Source of the DNA: an uncultured Eubacteriales bacterium
GTDB taxonomy: Bacteria; Bacillota; Clostridia; TANB77; CAG-508
Length of the DNA stretch: 64,000 nucleotides
NCBI GenBank assembly: GCA_902787685.1
Contig: CADAHH010000009.1
Coordinates: 18,581 to 82,580 of the forward strand
Direction of reading: 5' to 3'
In this document: positions 1 to 9,352 of the stretch, piece after piece
Position numbering within the stretch: position 1 is the stretch's first letter
Layout: the number at the start of each line of letters is the position of its first letter
Position numbers and translations under genes: made by a program
The notes under the pieces: generated by a model
The model's input: the letters and a program-made list of their open reading frames with translations, nothing else
Told to the model about the DNA's origin: nothing
Database searches by the model: none

Positions 1-437
1 AAAAATTTACAAAAACAAATAAAATTATGGCATTTATTACTATTGAAGATTTATATGGACAAGTAGAAGTTATAACATTTGAAAATGCTTATTTATCTGC
101 AAAAGAAAGTTTAGTTGAAGAAAATATTGTTTTAATTAAAGGTAGACTTAGTTTAAGAGACGAAGAAAATGCTACTATAATAGCAAATTCAATTACTAAT
201 TTTGGACCTAAAAAAAGGAAAGTTTTAAATATAAATATAACAAACCTTGATGAACCTACAAAAAAGAAACTAAGAGGAGCTATAAAATATTTTACAGGTG
301 AAATGAATAATATCGCTGTAGTAGTACAAGATGGAGATAAAGAGCTAAAATGTGGTGCAATTTATTTAACAGAGGAGATATTTGGCGCTTTTAGGGATAT
401 TGTAGGAGAAGAGAATGTGACAATTGTTGAAGTGTGA
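1..437 (+). CDS. dnaE: DNA polymerase III alpha subunit (DnaE), C-terminal fragment entering from upstream of the window
   Basis: Frame is open from base 3 (KFTKTNKIMAFITIEDLYGQVEVITFENAY...). It resembles the OB-fold and C-terminal tail of DnaE-type replicases. Stop at 435-437. Confidence 0.75.
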   Translation, partial: KFTKTNKIMAFITIEDLYGQVEVITFENAYLSAKESLVEENIVLIKGRLSLRDEENATIIANSITNFGPKKRKVLNINITNLDEPTKKKLRGAIKYFTGEMNNIAVVVQDGDKELKCGAIYLTEEIFGAFRDIVGEENVTIVEV

Positions 438-468
438 TGTGAGAAGCAAGAGATAGTAGATATGAAAT
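428..468. repeat. Purine-rich GTGAG/GTAGA element (family E, copy 1) overlapping the dnaE stop codon
   Basis: gaagtgtgatgtgagaagcaagagatagtagatatgaaat. Related strings occur at 28011, 50881 and 56595, each at a gene 3' end. Confidence 0.35.
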
Positions 469-486
469 AAATTTAATAATTTTTCT

Positions 487-660
487 TATATTTCAAATGT
501 ATTATTTTTCAATCCCTTGGTGTCGAAATCTTTATGTACCTAGAATTTTTCTTACGAAAAATTCAGCTACGATGTCGATTTCTCCAGTCGCCCTGCGCTT
601 CGCTCCGGTTTGCTGTCCATTGTTAAGGCTCTGCCTGTTACAAATAATATATTTGAAATA
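487..660 (+). repeat. Family A MITE-like repeat, copy 1 (3'-truncated relative to copies 2 and 4)
   Basis: Near-identical to 27303-27513, 55478-55638 and 57197-57397. Has terminal inverted repeats (atatttcaaat / atttgaaatat), an internal hairpin gaattttt-cttacg-aaaaattc, and TGTCGAA at 521-527. Confidence 0.85.
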
Positions 661-707
661 TTAAAAATCAATGTTTTTATATTTATGAAAGGAATGAAGA
701 ACTAAAG

Positions 708-2000
708 ATGTTAAAGAAAAAAAGTATATATATAATTCCAATTTTAAGTTTTGCAATTGTAATTTTAGTTAGCTTTATAATGTTACTTATGCCATTTTCA
801 AGAAATAGTAATGTTACAGATTTAGATGCATTTTTTACAGCAGTATCTGCAACATGTGTAAATGGCTTATCAACTGTTAATCTGGCAACAGACTATACTT
901 TTGTTGGTCAAATTATAATTGCAATTACTACAGAAATTGGTGCAATAGGTTTTATAACATTTATATCATTTATATTAAGTTTTATGAACAAAAAGATGAG
1001 CATAACAGAATCAATTTTATTATCAAAATCTATAAATAATAATGATGAAAGCAAATTAAAACAAAGGCTAAAAGAGGTTATCAAATATACTTTAATTATA
1101 GAATTAATAGGTAGTATTTTTTTAGCTTTTGAATTTGTGCCAAAATATGGATTTAATCAAGGGATTTGGTATAGTATATTTCATTCAATAACAGCTTTTT
1201 GTAATGCAGGGTTTGATTTATTTGGTTTATCAAGCTTTATACCTTTTAAAAATGATATTTATATTAATATTGTAGTTATAAGTTTAATGCTTTTAGGTGG
1301 AATTGGATTTTTCGTTATTGAAGATTTGATTAAATGCTTTAAAAAGAAAAGCATTTTGCATATGGAGTTTCATACAAAGATAATTTTAACTTCAACATTA
1401 TTAATATATACATTATCTGTAATATTAATAAAAATTGCAGAACCAAGTTTAAGTATTCTTCAAACTTTATTTACAGCAGCAACATGTAGAACAACAGGAT
1501 TTTCAACAGTAAACCTTGGGGAAACTTCATCAATGTTAAAACTTATCTTATCAATACTTATGATGATAGGTGGAGCACCAGGTTCAACTTCTGGAGGTAT
1601 TAGAATTACTTCAATTGCAGTTGTTATACTTATAATGAAATCAGTTTTTGAAAACAAAAAAGATGTAATTTGTTTTTATAAAAAAATTGATGATAATACA
1701 ATCAAACAAGCAATTACTAATATTTTCTTAAGTATTACTATAGTATTTATAGGGATATTATTATTTGCCAGAATACAAGATATTACTTTAGTAGACAATA
1801 TATTTATGTGTGTCTCAAGCTTTTCTGCAACAGGGTTAAATGTATTTAGCCCAAGTATTTTAAATACAATTGCAAAATTTATTCTTATGACATTAATGTT
1901 TATTGGGCGAGTGGGACCAATTTCAATTGTGTCGGTGTTTATATTTAATAAAACAGAGAATAAGAACGTAGAATATGTATCAGGGAAGCTGATATTGTGA
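708..2000 (+). CDS. ktrB: TrkH/KtrB-family potassium uptake membrane subunit
   Basis: 430-aa polytopic membrane protein with four repeated pore-loop-like motifs (NGLSTV, NAGFDL, TTGFSTV, ATGLNV). Followed by a TrkA-N gene. Confidence 0.85.
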   Translation: MLKKKSIYIIPILSFAIVILVSFIMLLMPFSRNSNVTDLDAFFTAVSATCVNGLSTVNLATDYTFVGQIIIAITTEIGAIGFITFISFILSFMNKKMSITESILLSKSINNNDESKLKQRLKEVIKYTLIIELIGSIFLAFEFVPKYGFNQGIWYSIFHSITAFCNAGFDLFGLSSFIPFKNDIYINIVVISLMLLGGIGFFVIEDLIKCFKKKSILHMEFHTKIILTSTLLIYTLSVILIKIAEPSLSILQTLFTAATCRTTGFSTVNLGETSSMLKLILSILMMIGGAPGSTSGGIRITSIAVVILIMKSVFENKKDVICFYKKIDDNTIKQAITNIFLSITIVFIGILLFARIQDITLVDNIFMCVSSFSATGLNVFSPSILNTIAKFILMTLMFIGRVGPISIVSVFIFNKTENKNVEYVSGKLIL

Positions 2001-2041
2001 GTTACTGTAAGTATAATTCTATAGAATGAAAGGAGAAATTT

Positions 2042-2449
2042 ATGAAAAAACAATGTGTAATTATAGGTTTAGGAATCTATGGTATGAATGTTGCAAAAAA
2101 ACTATCTGAAGAAGGAATGGAAGTTTTAGCAATAGATAAAAATATGAAATTAGTAGAAAAAGCAAGTAGCTTTGTAACAAAAGCAATATGTATGGATATA
2201 ACAAGTATTGATACTTTAGAAGGAATTCCTATGAAAGATTTTGATGTAGGAATTGTTGGAATTGGAGAAGATGTTTCTGTTAGTATTATAGCTTGTTTAG
2301 CTTTAAAAGAATCAGGTGTAGAACACATTATTGCAAAAGCAGGAGACAAGCTTCATAAAAAAATATTACAAAAATTAGATGTAGATGAAATTGTTCTTCC
2401 AGAAGAATATATGGGAATAATGACAGCAAAAAATATTTTAGAAGGTTAA
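2042..2449 (+). CDS. ktrA: TrkA-N (RCK N-terminal, NAD-binding) domain protein, KtrA-like but lacking the RCK-C domain
   Basis: IIGLGIYGMNVAKKL Rossmann motif. Only 135 aa. The stop is followed 5 nt later by a REP composite. Confidence 0.75.
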   Translation: MKKQCVIIGLGIYGMNVAKKLSEEGMEVLAIDKNMKLVEKASSFVTKAICMDITSIDTLEGIPMKDFDVGIVGIGEDVSVSIIACLALKESGVEHIIAKAGDKLHKKILQKLDVDEIVLPEEYMGIMTAKNILEG

Positions 2450-2454
2450 TTTTT

Positions 2455-2614
2455 CAATTTGGGACCGGGTCCTTTTTTTAAAACAATGTAAATAACTAAT
2501 CCTGTTTAACCGCACATCATTTTTTAAAATCCTATGGTACCCCCTTTAGGGATACCCACCATACGGATTTTAAAAAACGAAATGCTGATTATTAAAAAAG
2601 GACCGTCCCAAAAT
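2455..2614. repeat. Nested palindromic composite B1: REP unit + ~100-nt conserved hairpin core + inverted degenerate REP unit
   Basis: caatttGGGACCGGGTCCttttt ... aataactaatc..aaaatcctatggtaccccctttagggatacccaccatacggatttt.. ... aaaaaGGACCGTCCCaaaat. Same architecture at 33362-33577 and 46151-46392. Confidence 0.85.
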
Positions 2615-2633
2615 GAAAAAGATAGGAGTTAGT

Positions 2634-3356
2634 ATGCTAAAAAATAAAAAAGTCATAATTTTTGATATGGATGGAACTTTAATTGATTCAATAAATATAT
2701 GGAATCAAGTTGATAAAGAATTAATTAAGAGGTTAGGATGTAAAGAAGATTTAGACAGCAAAAGCATTCAAGAACAGAGAGATGAAAAGCTTCGCGAGTT
2801 TAGTAAATCAGATAATCCATATATTGATTATTGTCTTTTTCTTGGAAAAAAATATGGTTCTAATATGACTGGAGAAGATATATTAGATTTAAGATATAAG
2901 ATTGCACAAAACTATTTGATTAATATTGTAGATTATAAACCTAATGCAGAAAATTGTATAAAAAAATTAAAATCAAAAGGTTTTATTATTGGTATTGCAA
3001 GTACAACTAGAAAAAATAATATGCAAATATATATTAATCAAAATCAAAACATAATAAAAAAAGCAAATTTAAATGAGTATTTTTCATTTATATATACCAG
3101 AGAAGATGCTAAAGAAATTAAACCAAATCCAGAAATTTATTTTAAAATACTAAAAGAACAAAATGTTTCAAAAGAGGAGTGCTTAATAATTGAAGATTCC
3201 TTAGTTGGAGTAGAAGCAGCTGTAAATGCAGGAATTGAATGCTTAGCAATATATGATAAATATTCTGATTCTGATAGAGATAAAATAAATGAACTTTCAA
3301 ATTACCAGATAAAAGATTTTTTTGAATTTGAAAAAATAATAGATGCAAATAATTAA
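2634..3356 (+). CDS. HAD-superfamily hydrolase (beta-phosphoglucomutase/phosphatase-like)
   Basis: The FDMDGTLIDS motif I is present. The DS in IIEDSLVGVEAA may be motif IV. Start moved to ATG 2634 (RBS aggag at 2624-2628) because the longer ORF start lies inside the REP. Confidence 0.8.
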   Translation: MLKNKKVIIFDMDGTLIDSINIWNQVDKELIKRLGCKEDLDSKSIQEQRDEKLREFSKSDNPYIDYCLFLGKKYGSNMTGEDILDLRYKIAQNYLINIVDYKPNAENCIKKLKSKGFIIGIASTTRKNNMQIYINQNQNIIKKANLNEYFSFIYTREDAKEIKPNPEIYFKILKEQNVSKEECLIIEDSLVGVEAAVNAGIECLAIYDKYSDSDRDKINELSNYQIKDFFEFEKIIDANN

Positions 3357-3434
3357 TGAATCTATTATAAAAATACACTGATTAATAAATATAATAATGT
3401 TATATTTAGAGGATAATAAAAATTTCTAGAAAAC

Positions 3435-3466
3435 ATGTAGGGGCGATTTTAATCGCCCGTAATTTT
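3435..3466 (+). repeat. Family C hairpin repeat, copy 1 (tgtaGGGGCGATTttaAATCGCCCgtaat)
   Basis: Same ~30-nt hairpin at 48853-48884 (+) and 50066-50097 (inverted). Confidence 0.8.
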
Positions 3467-3537
3467 GAAAAATACAAAAATGTATCAATTCATTAATAAA
3501 TTTATTAAACAGTTAATAGAATGAAGGGGTGTGCGTT

Positions 3538-3936
3538 ATGAAAGAAATTGATAAAATTGCATTATTATATATGAAAGATGGAAAAATATTAAGTACATTA
3601 TCAAAAGGAAAAGATACATATTATTTACCTGGAGGAAAAAGAGAAACAGGAGAAACGGATGAAGAAACTTTAGTAAGAGAGTGTAGAGAGGAACTATCAA
3701 TTGATATAAATAAAGATACAATTAAGTATTATGGTACTTTTTCTGCTCAAGCACATGGAAAAGCAGAAGGAGTTTTAGTAAAAATGACTTGTTATATGGC
3801 TGATTTTGATGGAGAACTTAAAGCAAATTCTGAAATTCAAGAAATAAGATGGCTAAAGTATTCTGATTTAGATAAAATATCCCCAGTAGATAAATTGATT
3901 TTTGAAGATTTGCACAAAAATGGATATTTAAAATAA
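3538..3936 (+). CDS. NUDIX hydrolase
   Basis: Nudix box GGKRETGETDEETLVRECREELSI. RBS aagggg precedes ATG 3538. Confidence 0.85.
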   Translation: MKEIDKIALLYMKDGKILSTLSKGKDTYYLPGGKRETGETDEETLVRECREELSIDINKDTIKYYGTFSAQAHGKAEGVLVKMTCYMADFDGELKANSEIQEIRWLKYSDLDKISPVDKLIFEDLHKNGYLK

Positions 3937-3965
3937 AACAATTTTAATAGATTAAAGGAGTATAA

Positions 3966-4490
3966 ATGGAATACATTGATATAATTGATGAAAACAATAA
4001 TATAACAGGTATAAAAAAAGAAAAAGAACAAGCTCATAAAGATGGAAATTTTCATAGATCAGTGCATATATGGATTTTAAATAATAAATATGAAATATTA
4101 CTTCAAAAAAGAGGACCTAATCAAAAGTATCCAAATAAATGGGATGTTTCGAGTGCAGGACATGTAAAAGCTGGAGAAAGTATAATTGAAGCTGCAAAAC
4201 GAGAAGTGAATGAAAAATTAGGATTAATAGTTGAGGAAAAAGAACTAGAGTTTATAGGAATTAATAAAAGTGAAAAAACTCATAATAAAGAATTTCAATA
4301 TATATATTTATATAAAACAGATAAAAAAGAAAATGAATTTGTATTTAATGATGGAGAGGTAATTGCAGTAAGATATTTTTCATATGAAGAGTTAAAAAAA
4401 ATAATTCATAATAAAGATGAGAATTTACATTATACAACAACAGAAGAATATAATTTATTATTTGAATTTTTAAAATCATTGCAATTTTAG
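3966..4490 (+). CDS. NUDIX hydrolase (IDI-like/ADP-ribose pyrophosphatase-like subfamily)
   Basis: Nudix box GHVKAGESIIEAAKREVNEKLGL. Confidence 0.8.
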   Translation: MEYIDIIDENNNITGIKKEKEQAHKDGNFHRSVHIWILNNKYEILLQKRGPNQKYPNKWDVSSAGHVKAGESIIEAAKREVNEKLGLIVEEKELEFIGINKSEKTHNKEFQYIYLYKTDKKENEFVFNDGEVIAVRYFSYEELKKIIHNKDENLHYTTTEEYNLLFEFLKSLQF

Positions 4491-4529
4491 TATTATTATA
4501 GTAAAATTAAAGGCACAGAAAGGAGCTTT

Positions 4530-7500
4530 ATGCTACAGTTAAAAAATATTACAAAAGTATATAAAAGTGGAGATGAAAAGGTTGAGGCCTTAAAAGGTAT
4601 AGATTTAAAATTTAGAGAGTCTGAATTTGTTTCTATTTTAGGCCAAAGTGGATGTGGTAAAACGACACTTTTAAATATAATTGGAGGCCTAGACCGTTAT
4701 ACTTCTGGAGATTTGATTATTAATGGTAAATCCACAAAAAAGTTCAAAGATAGAGACTGGGATGCTTATAGAAATTATAAAGTAGGTTTTATTTTTCAAA
4801 ATTATAATTTAATAGGCCATCAAACTATTCTATCTAATGTTGAGCTTGCTTTAACAATTGGAGGTATACCTAGAAAAGAAAGAAAGCAAAGAGCAATTAA
4901 AGCACTAGAACAAGTTGGGTTAAAAGATAAAATCCATAAAAAGCCGAATCAATTATCTGGTGGGCAAATGCAAAGGGTTGCTATAGCAAGAGCTTTAGTA
5001 AATGACCCAGATATTATATTGGCTGATGAGCCAACAGGTGCGTTAGATACAAAAACCAGTGTACAAATAATGGAAATTTTAAAAGAAATATCTAAAGAAA
5101 AGCTAATTATAATGGTTACACATAACCCAGAATTAGCTGAAAAGTATTCAAGTAGAATAATTAGAATTTTAGATGGTTTAATCACAGAGGATTCCAATCC
5201 AATTTTAGATACTGAAGTAGATGAGCCAACAAATTCCAATAAAATTGGAAGAACATCAATGAAGTTCTGGACAGCTTTAAGATTAAGCTTAAATAACCTT
5301 TTAACAAAAAAAGGTAGAACCATATTAGTTTCATTTGCTGGATCAATTGGTATTATTGGAATTGCACTTGTTCAAGCTGTATCAAATGGTTTCCAAAATT
5401 ATGTTGATTATATCCAAGAAGATACATTAACATCATATCCATTAACTATTATGCAAGAATCTGCTGATGCAACAAGCATGCTACTTGCAATGACATCAGG
5501 AGAGCGTGAGAAAAACGATTCTAATGAGGTAAAAGAAGAACAATATATTTCTTCAATGCTTTCAAATATTACAACAAACGATTTACAGAGTTTTAATAAT
5601 TATTTAAAAACAAATTATAATGAAGTAAAAGATGATATTGCAAATATCTCATATGCATATAGTGTAGAGCCAAATATTTATTCAAAAAGAGCAGATGAAA
5701 AATTACCTACTAAACTTAACCCAAGTGAACTATTTAGTAACATGCTAGGTGGTGGCAATATAATGGGAATGTCTACTTCAGTTTATTCTCAAATACATGC
5801 AGATAGAGCATCTTTAGCAGAGTCTTATGATGTTCTTGCAGGTCATTGGCCTGAAAAATATGATGAAATGATAATAGTTCTTTCAGAGCCAAATAAAATT
5901 TCAGATTATTTGATTTATTCTTTAGGTTTAAGAGATTATAAAGAACTAGAAGATATTGTAAAAAAGGTTATGAATGGAGAAAAAGCAAATGTTCAAAATG
6001 AGCCACTTACACTTTCTTATGATGACCTTATGAAAACTGAATTAAAGCTAATTTTTGGCAGTGATATCTATAAATATAATGAAAATTATGATATTTATGA
6101 AGATATGACAGAAAATGAAGAATATATGAATAATTTATACTCAAATGCAATTAATTTAAAAATAGTTGGAATTGTATCTGCTAAAGAAGGTGTAAACTCA
6201 ATGGCACTTAATCCAGGAGTTGCATATACAAGTGATTTAATAGATTATATTATTGATAAAACAAAAGATGCTGATATTGTAAAAAAACAACTTGAAACAG
6301 ATGAAATAGATGTTATTTCTGGAAAGAGATTTGATAGTAAAGAAAGTGATAAAGGTTTAAATTTTGCGGATTTAATATCTGTAGATAGTGATAAACTTCA
6401 AAGTGCTTTTAATATAAAAATTGACCAAAATTCTATTCAAAGTGAAACACAAGGATATATGACAGATATAGCAAATTCAATAACAACAGATACAACACCT
6501 GCAAAGAATGCATTTAAAGAAAATTTAGATTATTTTGCAAATGGAATTTTAGAAAATGTTTCAGGAGAATTAAAAGAAGAGAATATAGATGGAATAGTAG
6601 CAGATTATTTAAGTAAATCTGAATCAAAATCTAGATTATCAAAACTAGAAAAAGATTATGTAATTCCAAAGGAAACATTTGAAACAGCATATTCAGGTCT
6701 TTTAAAAGGCTTATTACAGGTATATGTTAATGCATATAAAGCTTCAGCACAAGGAATTGATAATAATTCTTCTGTAGGAGAAGTACAAAATAATCAAAAT
6801 ATTTCACAAGAAGACATACAAAAGTATTTAAATGACAAAAATATTTCTCAAGAAGATATACAAAAATATATTGAAAATATGCCTGAAGGTAGCAATATAG
6901 ATTTTAATGTGATTGCTCAAAGTTTAGATTCAAATACAATTACTCAAAATGAATTGCCATCTCAAATTCCAGAAATGATGGATACATCAGAACTTGAAAA
7001 GCAAATTAAGAAAACACTTATATCAACTTATTTATCAAATTCTGTTGTGGAAGAAACGGTAAATACAATGTCTAGAGTTATGACTGAAGCTAATATGAAA
7101 AAACAAGTCTTAACAAAAGTTGGCGAACTTACAGCAAATTTGACAGGAAAATTTGCAACTGCATTTAATGTTGATCAAGAAAAAATTGCAAGTGCTTTTA
7201 ATATAGATATTTCAGAAGATGAGCTTACAAGAGTTATAACAGCAATGATGACAGATACTAAAAAAAGTGCAAAAACAAATTTAATATCATTTGGTTATCA
7301 AGACAAAGAAAAACCAACTTATATTGGATTTTATTTTAGAAGTTTTGATGGAAAAGAGCATTTTTTAAAATTCTTAGACTCGTATAACGACAAAATGGAA
7401 GCAGATGGAAATAAAGATAAGGTGATAAATTATACAGATACAACAGGAATTCTTATGAGTTCTGTTAAAACAATAGTAAATGCAGTAACATATGTATTAA

Positions 7501-7889
7501 TTGCATTTATCTCAATATCACTTATAGTTTCTTCAATAATGATAGGAATTATAACATATATTTCTGTTTATGAAAGAACAAAGGAAATAGGAATATTGCG
7601 CTCAATTGGAGCATCAAAACACAATATTTCATCAATATTTAATGCCGAAACATTTATAATCGGATTGCTTTCTGGATTATTTGGTATAGGAATAACATAT
7701 AGTTTAGTACCAATAATAAATAAAATTCTTCATCATTTTATTGGAAATATACCACTAAATGTAGTATTCTATTTTAATAATGCAACAATATTAGTTATTT
7801 TAAGTGTAATACTTACTTTAATTGGTGGAATAATTCCATCAAGAGCAGCAGCAAAAAGAGATCCAGTGATTGCATTGAGGACGGAATAA
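4530..7889 (+). CDS. Fused ABC transporter ATPase + FtsX/MacB-type permease with a very large extracytoplasmic region
   Basis: Walker A GQSGCGKTT, signature LSGGQMQRVAIARAL, Walker B ILADEPTGALD. C-terminal FtsX-like TM bundle ends ...RDPVIALRTE. Internal tandem NISQEDIQKY repeat. Confidence 0.85.
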   Translation: MLQLKNITKVYKSGDEKVEALKGIDLKFRESEFVSILGQSGCGKTTLLNIIGGLDRYTSGDLIINGKSTKKFKDRDWDAYRNYKVGFIFQNYNLIGHQTILSNVELALTIGGIPRKERKQRAIKALEQVGLKDKIHKKPNQLSGGQMQRVAIARALVNDPDIILADEPTGALDTKTSVQIMEILKEISKEKLIIMVTHNPELAEKYSSRIIRILDGLITEDSNPILDTEVDEPTNSNKIGRTSMKFWTALRLSLNNLLTKKGRTILVSFAGSIGIIGIALVQAVSNGFQNYVDYIQEDTLTSYPLTIMQESADATSMLLAMTSGEREKNDSNEVKEEQYISSMLSNITTNDLQSFNNYLKTNYNEVKDDIANISYAYSVEPNIYSKRADEKLPTKLNPSELFSNMLGGGNIMGMSTSVYSQIHADRASLAESYDVLAGHWPEKYDEMIIVLSEPNKISDYLIYSLGLRDYKELEDIVKKVMNGEKANVQNEPLTLSYDDLMKTELKLIFGSDIYKYNENYDIYEDMTENEEYMNNLYSNAINLKIVGIVSAKEGVNSMALNPGVAYTSDLIDYIIDKTKDADIVKKQLETDEIDVISGKRFDSKESDKGLNFADLISVDSDKLQSAFNIKIDQNSIQSETQGYMTDIANSITTDTTPAKNAFKENLDYFANGILENVSGELKEENIDGIVADYLSKSESKSRLSKLEKDYVIPKETFETAYSGLLKGLLQVYVNAYKASAQGIDNNSSVGEVQNNQNISQEDIQKYLNDKNISQEDIQKYIENMPEGSNIDFNVIAQSLDSNTITQNELPSQIPEMMDTSELEKQIKKTLISTYLSNSVVEETVNTMSRVMTEANMKKQVLTKVGELTANLTGKFATAFNVDQEKIASAFNIDISEDELTRVITAMMTDTKKSAKTNLISFGYQDKEKPTYIGFYFRSFDGKEHFLKFLDSYNDKMEADGNKDKVINYTDTTGILMSSVKTIVNAVTYVLIAFISISLIVSSIMIGIITYISVYERTKEIGILRSIGASKHNISSIFNAETFIIGLLSGLFGIGITYSLVPIINKILHHFIGNIPLNVVFYFNNATILVILSVILTLIGGIIPSRAAAKRDPVIALRTE

Positions 7890-7899
7890 AGGAGTCAAA

Positions 7900-9150
7900 A
7901 TGATTGTTAAAAAATACGTTACAGATATCTTTAACAAGAAATATTATGCAGAAGAAAAAGTTAAAATTGAAGAAAATTTAAAAGAAGAAAATAACATTAT
8001 AAATATTCATCCTGAAAAAACATATCAGAAGTGGCTAGGACTTGGAGGGGCATTAACAAATTCTACAACCTATAATCTTAATAAATTGAGTGATGAAAAA
8101 AAAGATGAATTATTAAATGATTATTTTAAAGAACTTAATTATAAATTTGTAAGGATTCCTTTAGGTTCAACAGATTTTTCAGTAAGTCCAGAAGAAGATT
8201 ATTCTAATGATTTAGAAACAAATGTAAAAATATTGCAAAAAATTAAAGAAATAACAGAAATAAAAACAATTTTAACACCTTGGAGTCCTCCAAAAAGATT
8301 CAAAACAAATAATTCATTATATGGAGGAACTTTAAAAAAAGATAGTTATAATGACTATGCTAATTATCTAGTAAAAGCAATAAGTGATTATGAATTTATG
8401 AATATAAATATTGACTTGTTATCTCCTCAAAATGAGCCATTTGCAAGTCAAATTTGGGAATCTTGCAAATTTAGTATAGAGGATTTAAAGGATTTTATAT
8501 ATAATTATTTAGCTCCAAAATTAAAAAATACAAAATTAATACTTTGGGACCATAATAAAGACAACCTATATAATAATTTTAAAGCTTTATATGAAAAGAA
8601 TAGCAAAGTAGAAGGTGTTGCTTTTCATTGGTATACAGGTAGTTTTTATGAAGAAATGGATTTAATACGAGAAAATTATCCGGATATTTTACAGATTGAA
8701 ACAGAGATGTGTTGTGGTTTTTCAAGATATAAGCCTAAAAAATGGGTTATAGATGCAGAATACTATTTAACTGAAATAATTAATGGTATGCATCATGGTT
8801 TAAATGCATTTTTAGATTGGAATATGTTATTAAGCTATTTAGGTGGTCCAAATCACAGATTTAATAATTGCAAAAGTGCTGTAATTTTAAATAAAAGAAA
8901 AAACGATTATATAAAAACACCTATTTATTACTATTTAAAACACATAGGTCAGATAGGAACAGCAAAAGTTGTTGCAACAAGTAAATTTGCAAGAGATTGT
9001 AGTTTAGATGCTGTTTCTTTGAAGAATGAAAAAGTATATGTAGTGGTACAGAATAAAAGTAAGCATTGTCAAAAAATCAATATAAGAATAGGAAATGAAT
9101 TAATTAAAGATAAAATAAATGGACATAGTGTAATTTCATATGTTTTCTAG
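7900..9150 (+). CDS. Glycoside hydrolase family 30 (glucosylceramidase-like O-glycosyl hydrolase)
   Basis: LGLGGALT, TPWSPP, acid/base SPQNEP and nucleophile-region IETEMC motifs typical of GH30. Confidence 0.75.
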   Translation: MIVKKYVTDIFNKKYYAEEKVKIEENLKEENNIINIHPEKTYQKWLGLGGALTNSTTYNLNKLSDEKKDELLNDYFKELNYKFVRIPLGSTDFSVSPEEDYSNDLETNVKILQKIKEITEIKTILTPWSPPKRFKTNNSLYGGTLKKDSYNDYANYLVKAISDYEFMNINIDLLSPQNEPFASQIWESCKFSIEDLKDFIYNYLAPKLKNTKLILWDHNKDNLYNNFKALYEKNSKVEGVAFHWYTGSFYEEMDLIRENYPDILQIETEMCCGFSRYKPKKWVIDAEYYLTEIINGMHHGLNAFLDWNMLLSYLGGPNHRFNNCKSAVILNKRKNDYIKTPIYYYLKHIGQIGTAKVVATSKFARDCSLDAVSLKNEKVYVVVQNKSKHCQKINIRIGNELIKDKINGHSVISYVF

Positions 9151-9338
9151 TTCAGTAGTACATATCCGAAGTCCGCGCAGGGCGATACTTTTTATTTTTA
9201 AACGATGGTCTCGGGGGGACCGCTGAGGGCTGTTAAATGCGGTAGCATTGTTACAGCCCCAGTGGGAAGACCTGAGAAGAAAATAAAAAGTTTTGCCCGT
9301 TGCAGGACAGGTGTAATTTTAGTACTGAACTAGAAAAC
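9142..9338. repeat. Long imperfect palindrome F1 (~190 nt), much more GC-rich than its flanks
   Basis: gttttCTAGTTCAGTAGTAC...GTACTGAACTAGaaaac termini. Inner arms pair (tccgcgcagggcgatactttttatttt / aaaataaaaagttttgcccgttgcagga; ggctgttaaatgc / gcattgttacagcc). The outer arm includes the GH30 stop codon. Confidence 0.8.
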
Positions 9339-9352
9339 TATAAAATAGAGGA

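Noticed and set aside
1460-2053. Antisense or overlapping ORFs inside long genes. Examples: 1460-1657, 1676-2053, 2077-2349, 4949-5323, 9319-9975, 12580-13062, 15587-16072, 27930-28346, 29964-30254, 42235-42591, 45288-45782, 47827-48177, 53269-53658.
   Set aside because: They are shadow ORFs on the strand opposite well-supported CDSs. Their composition is low-complexity (Ile/Phe/Ser-rich), as expected from antisense translation of AT-rich coding DNA. They have no RBS and no recognisable motifs.
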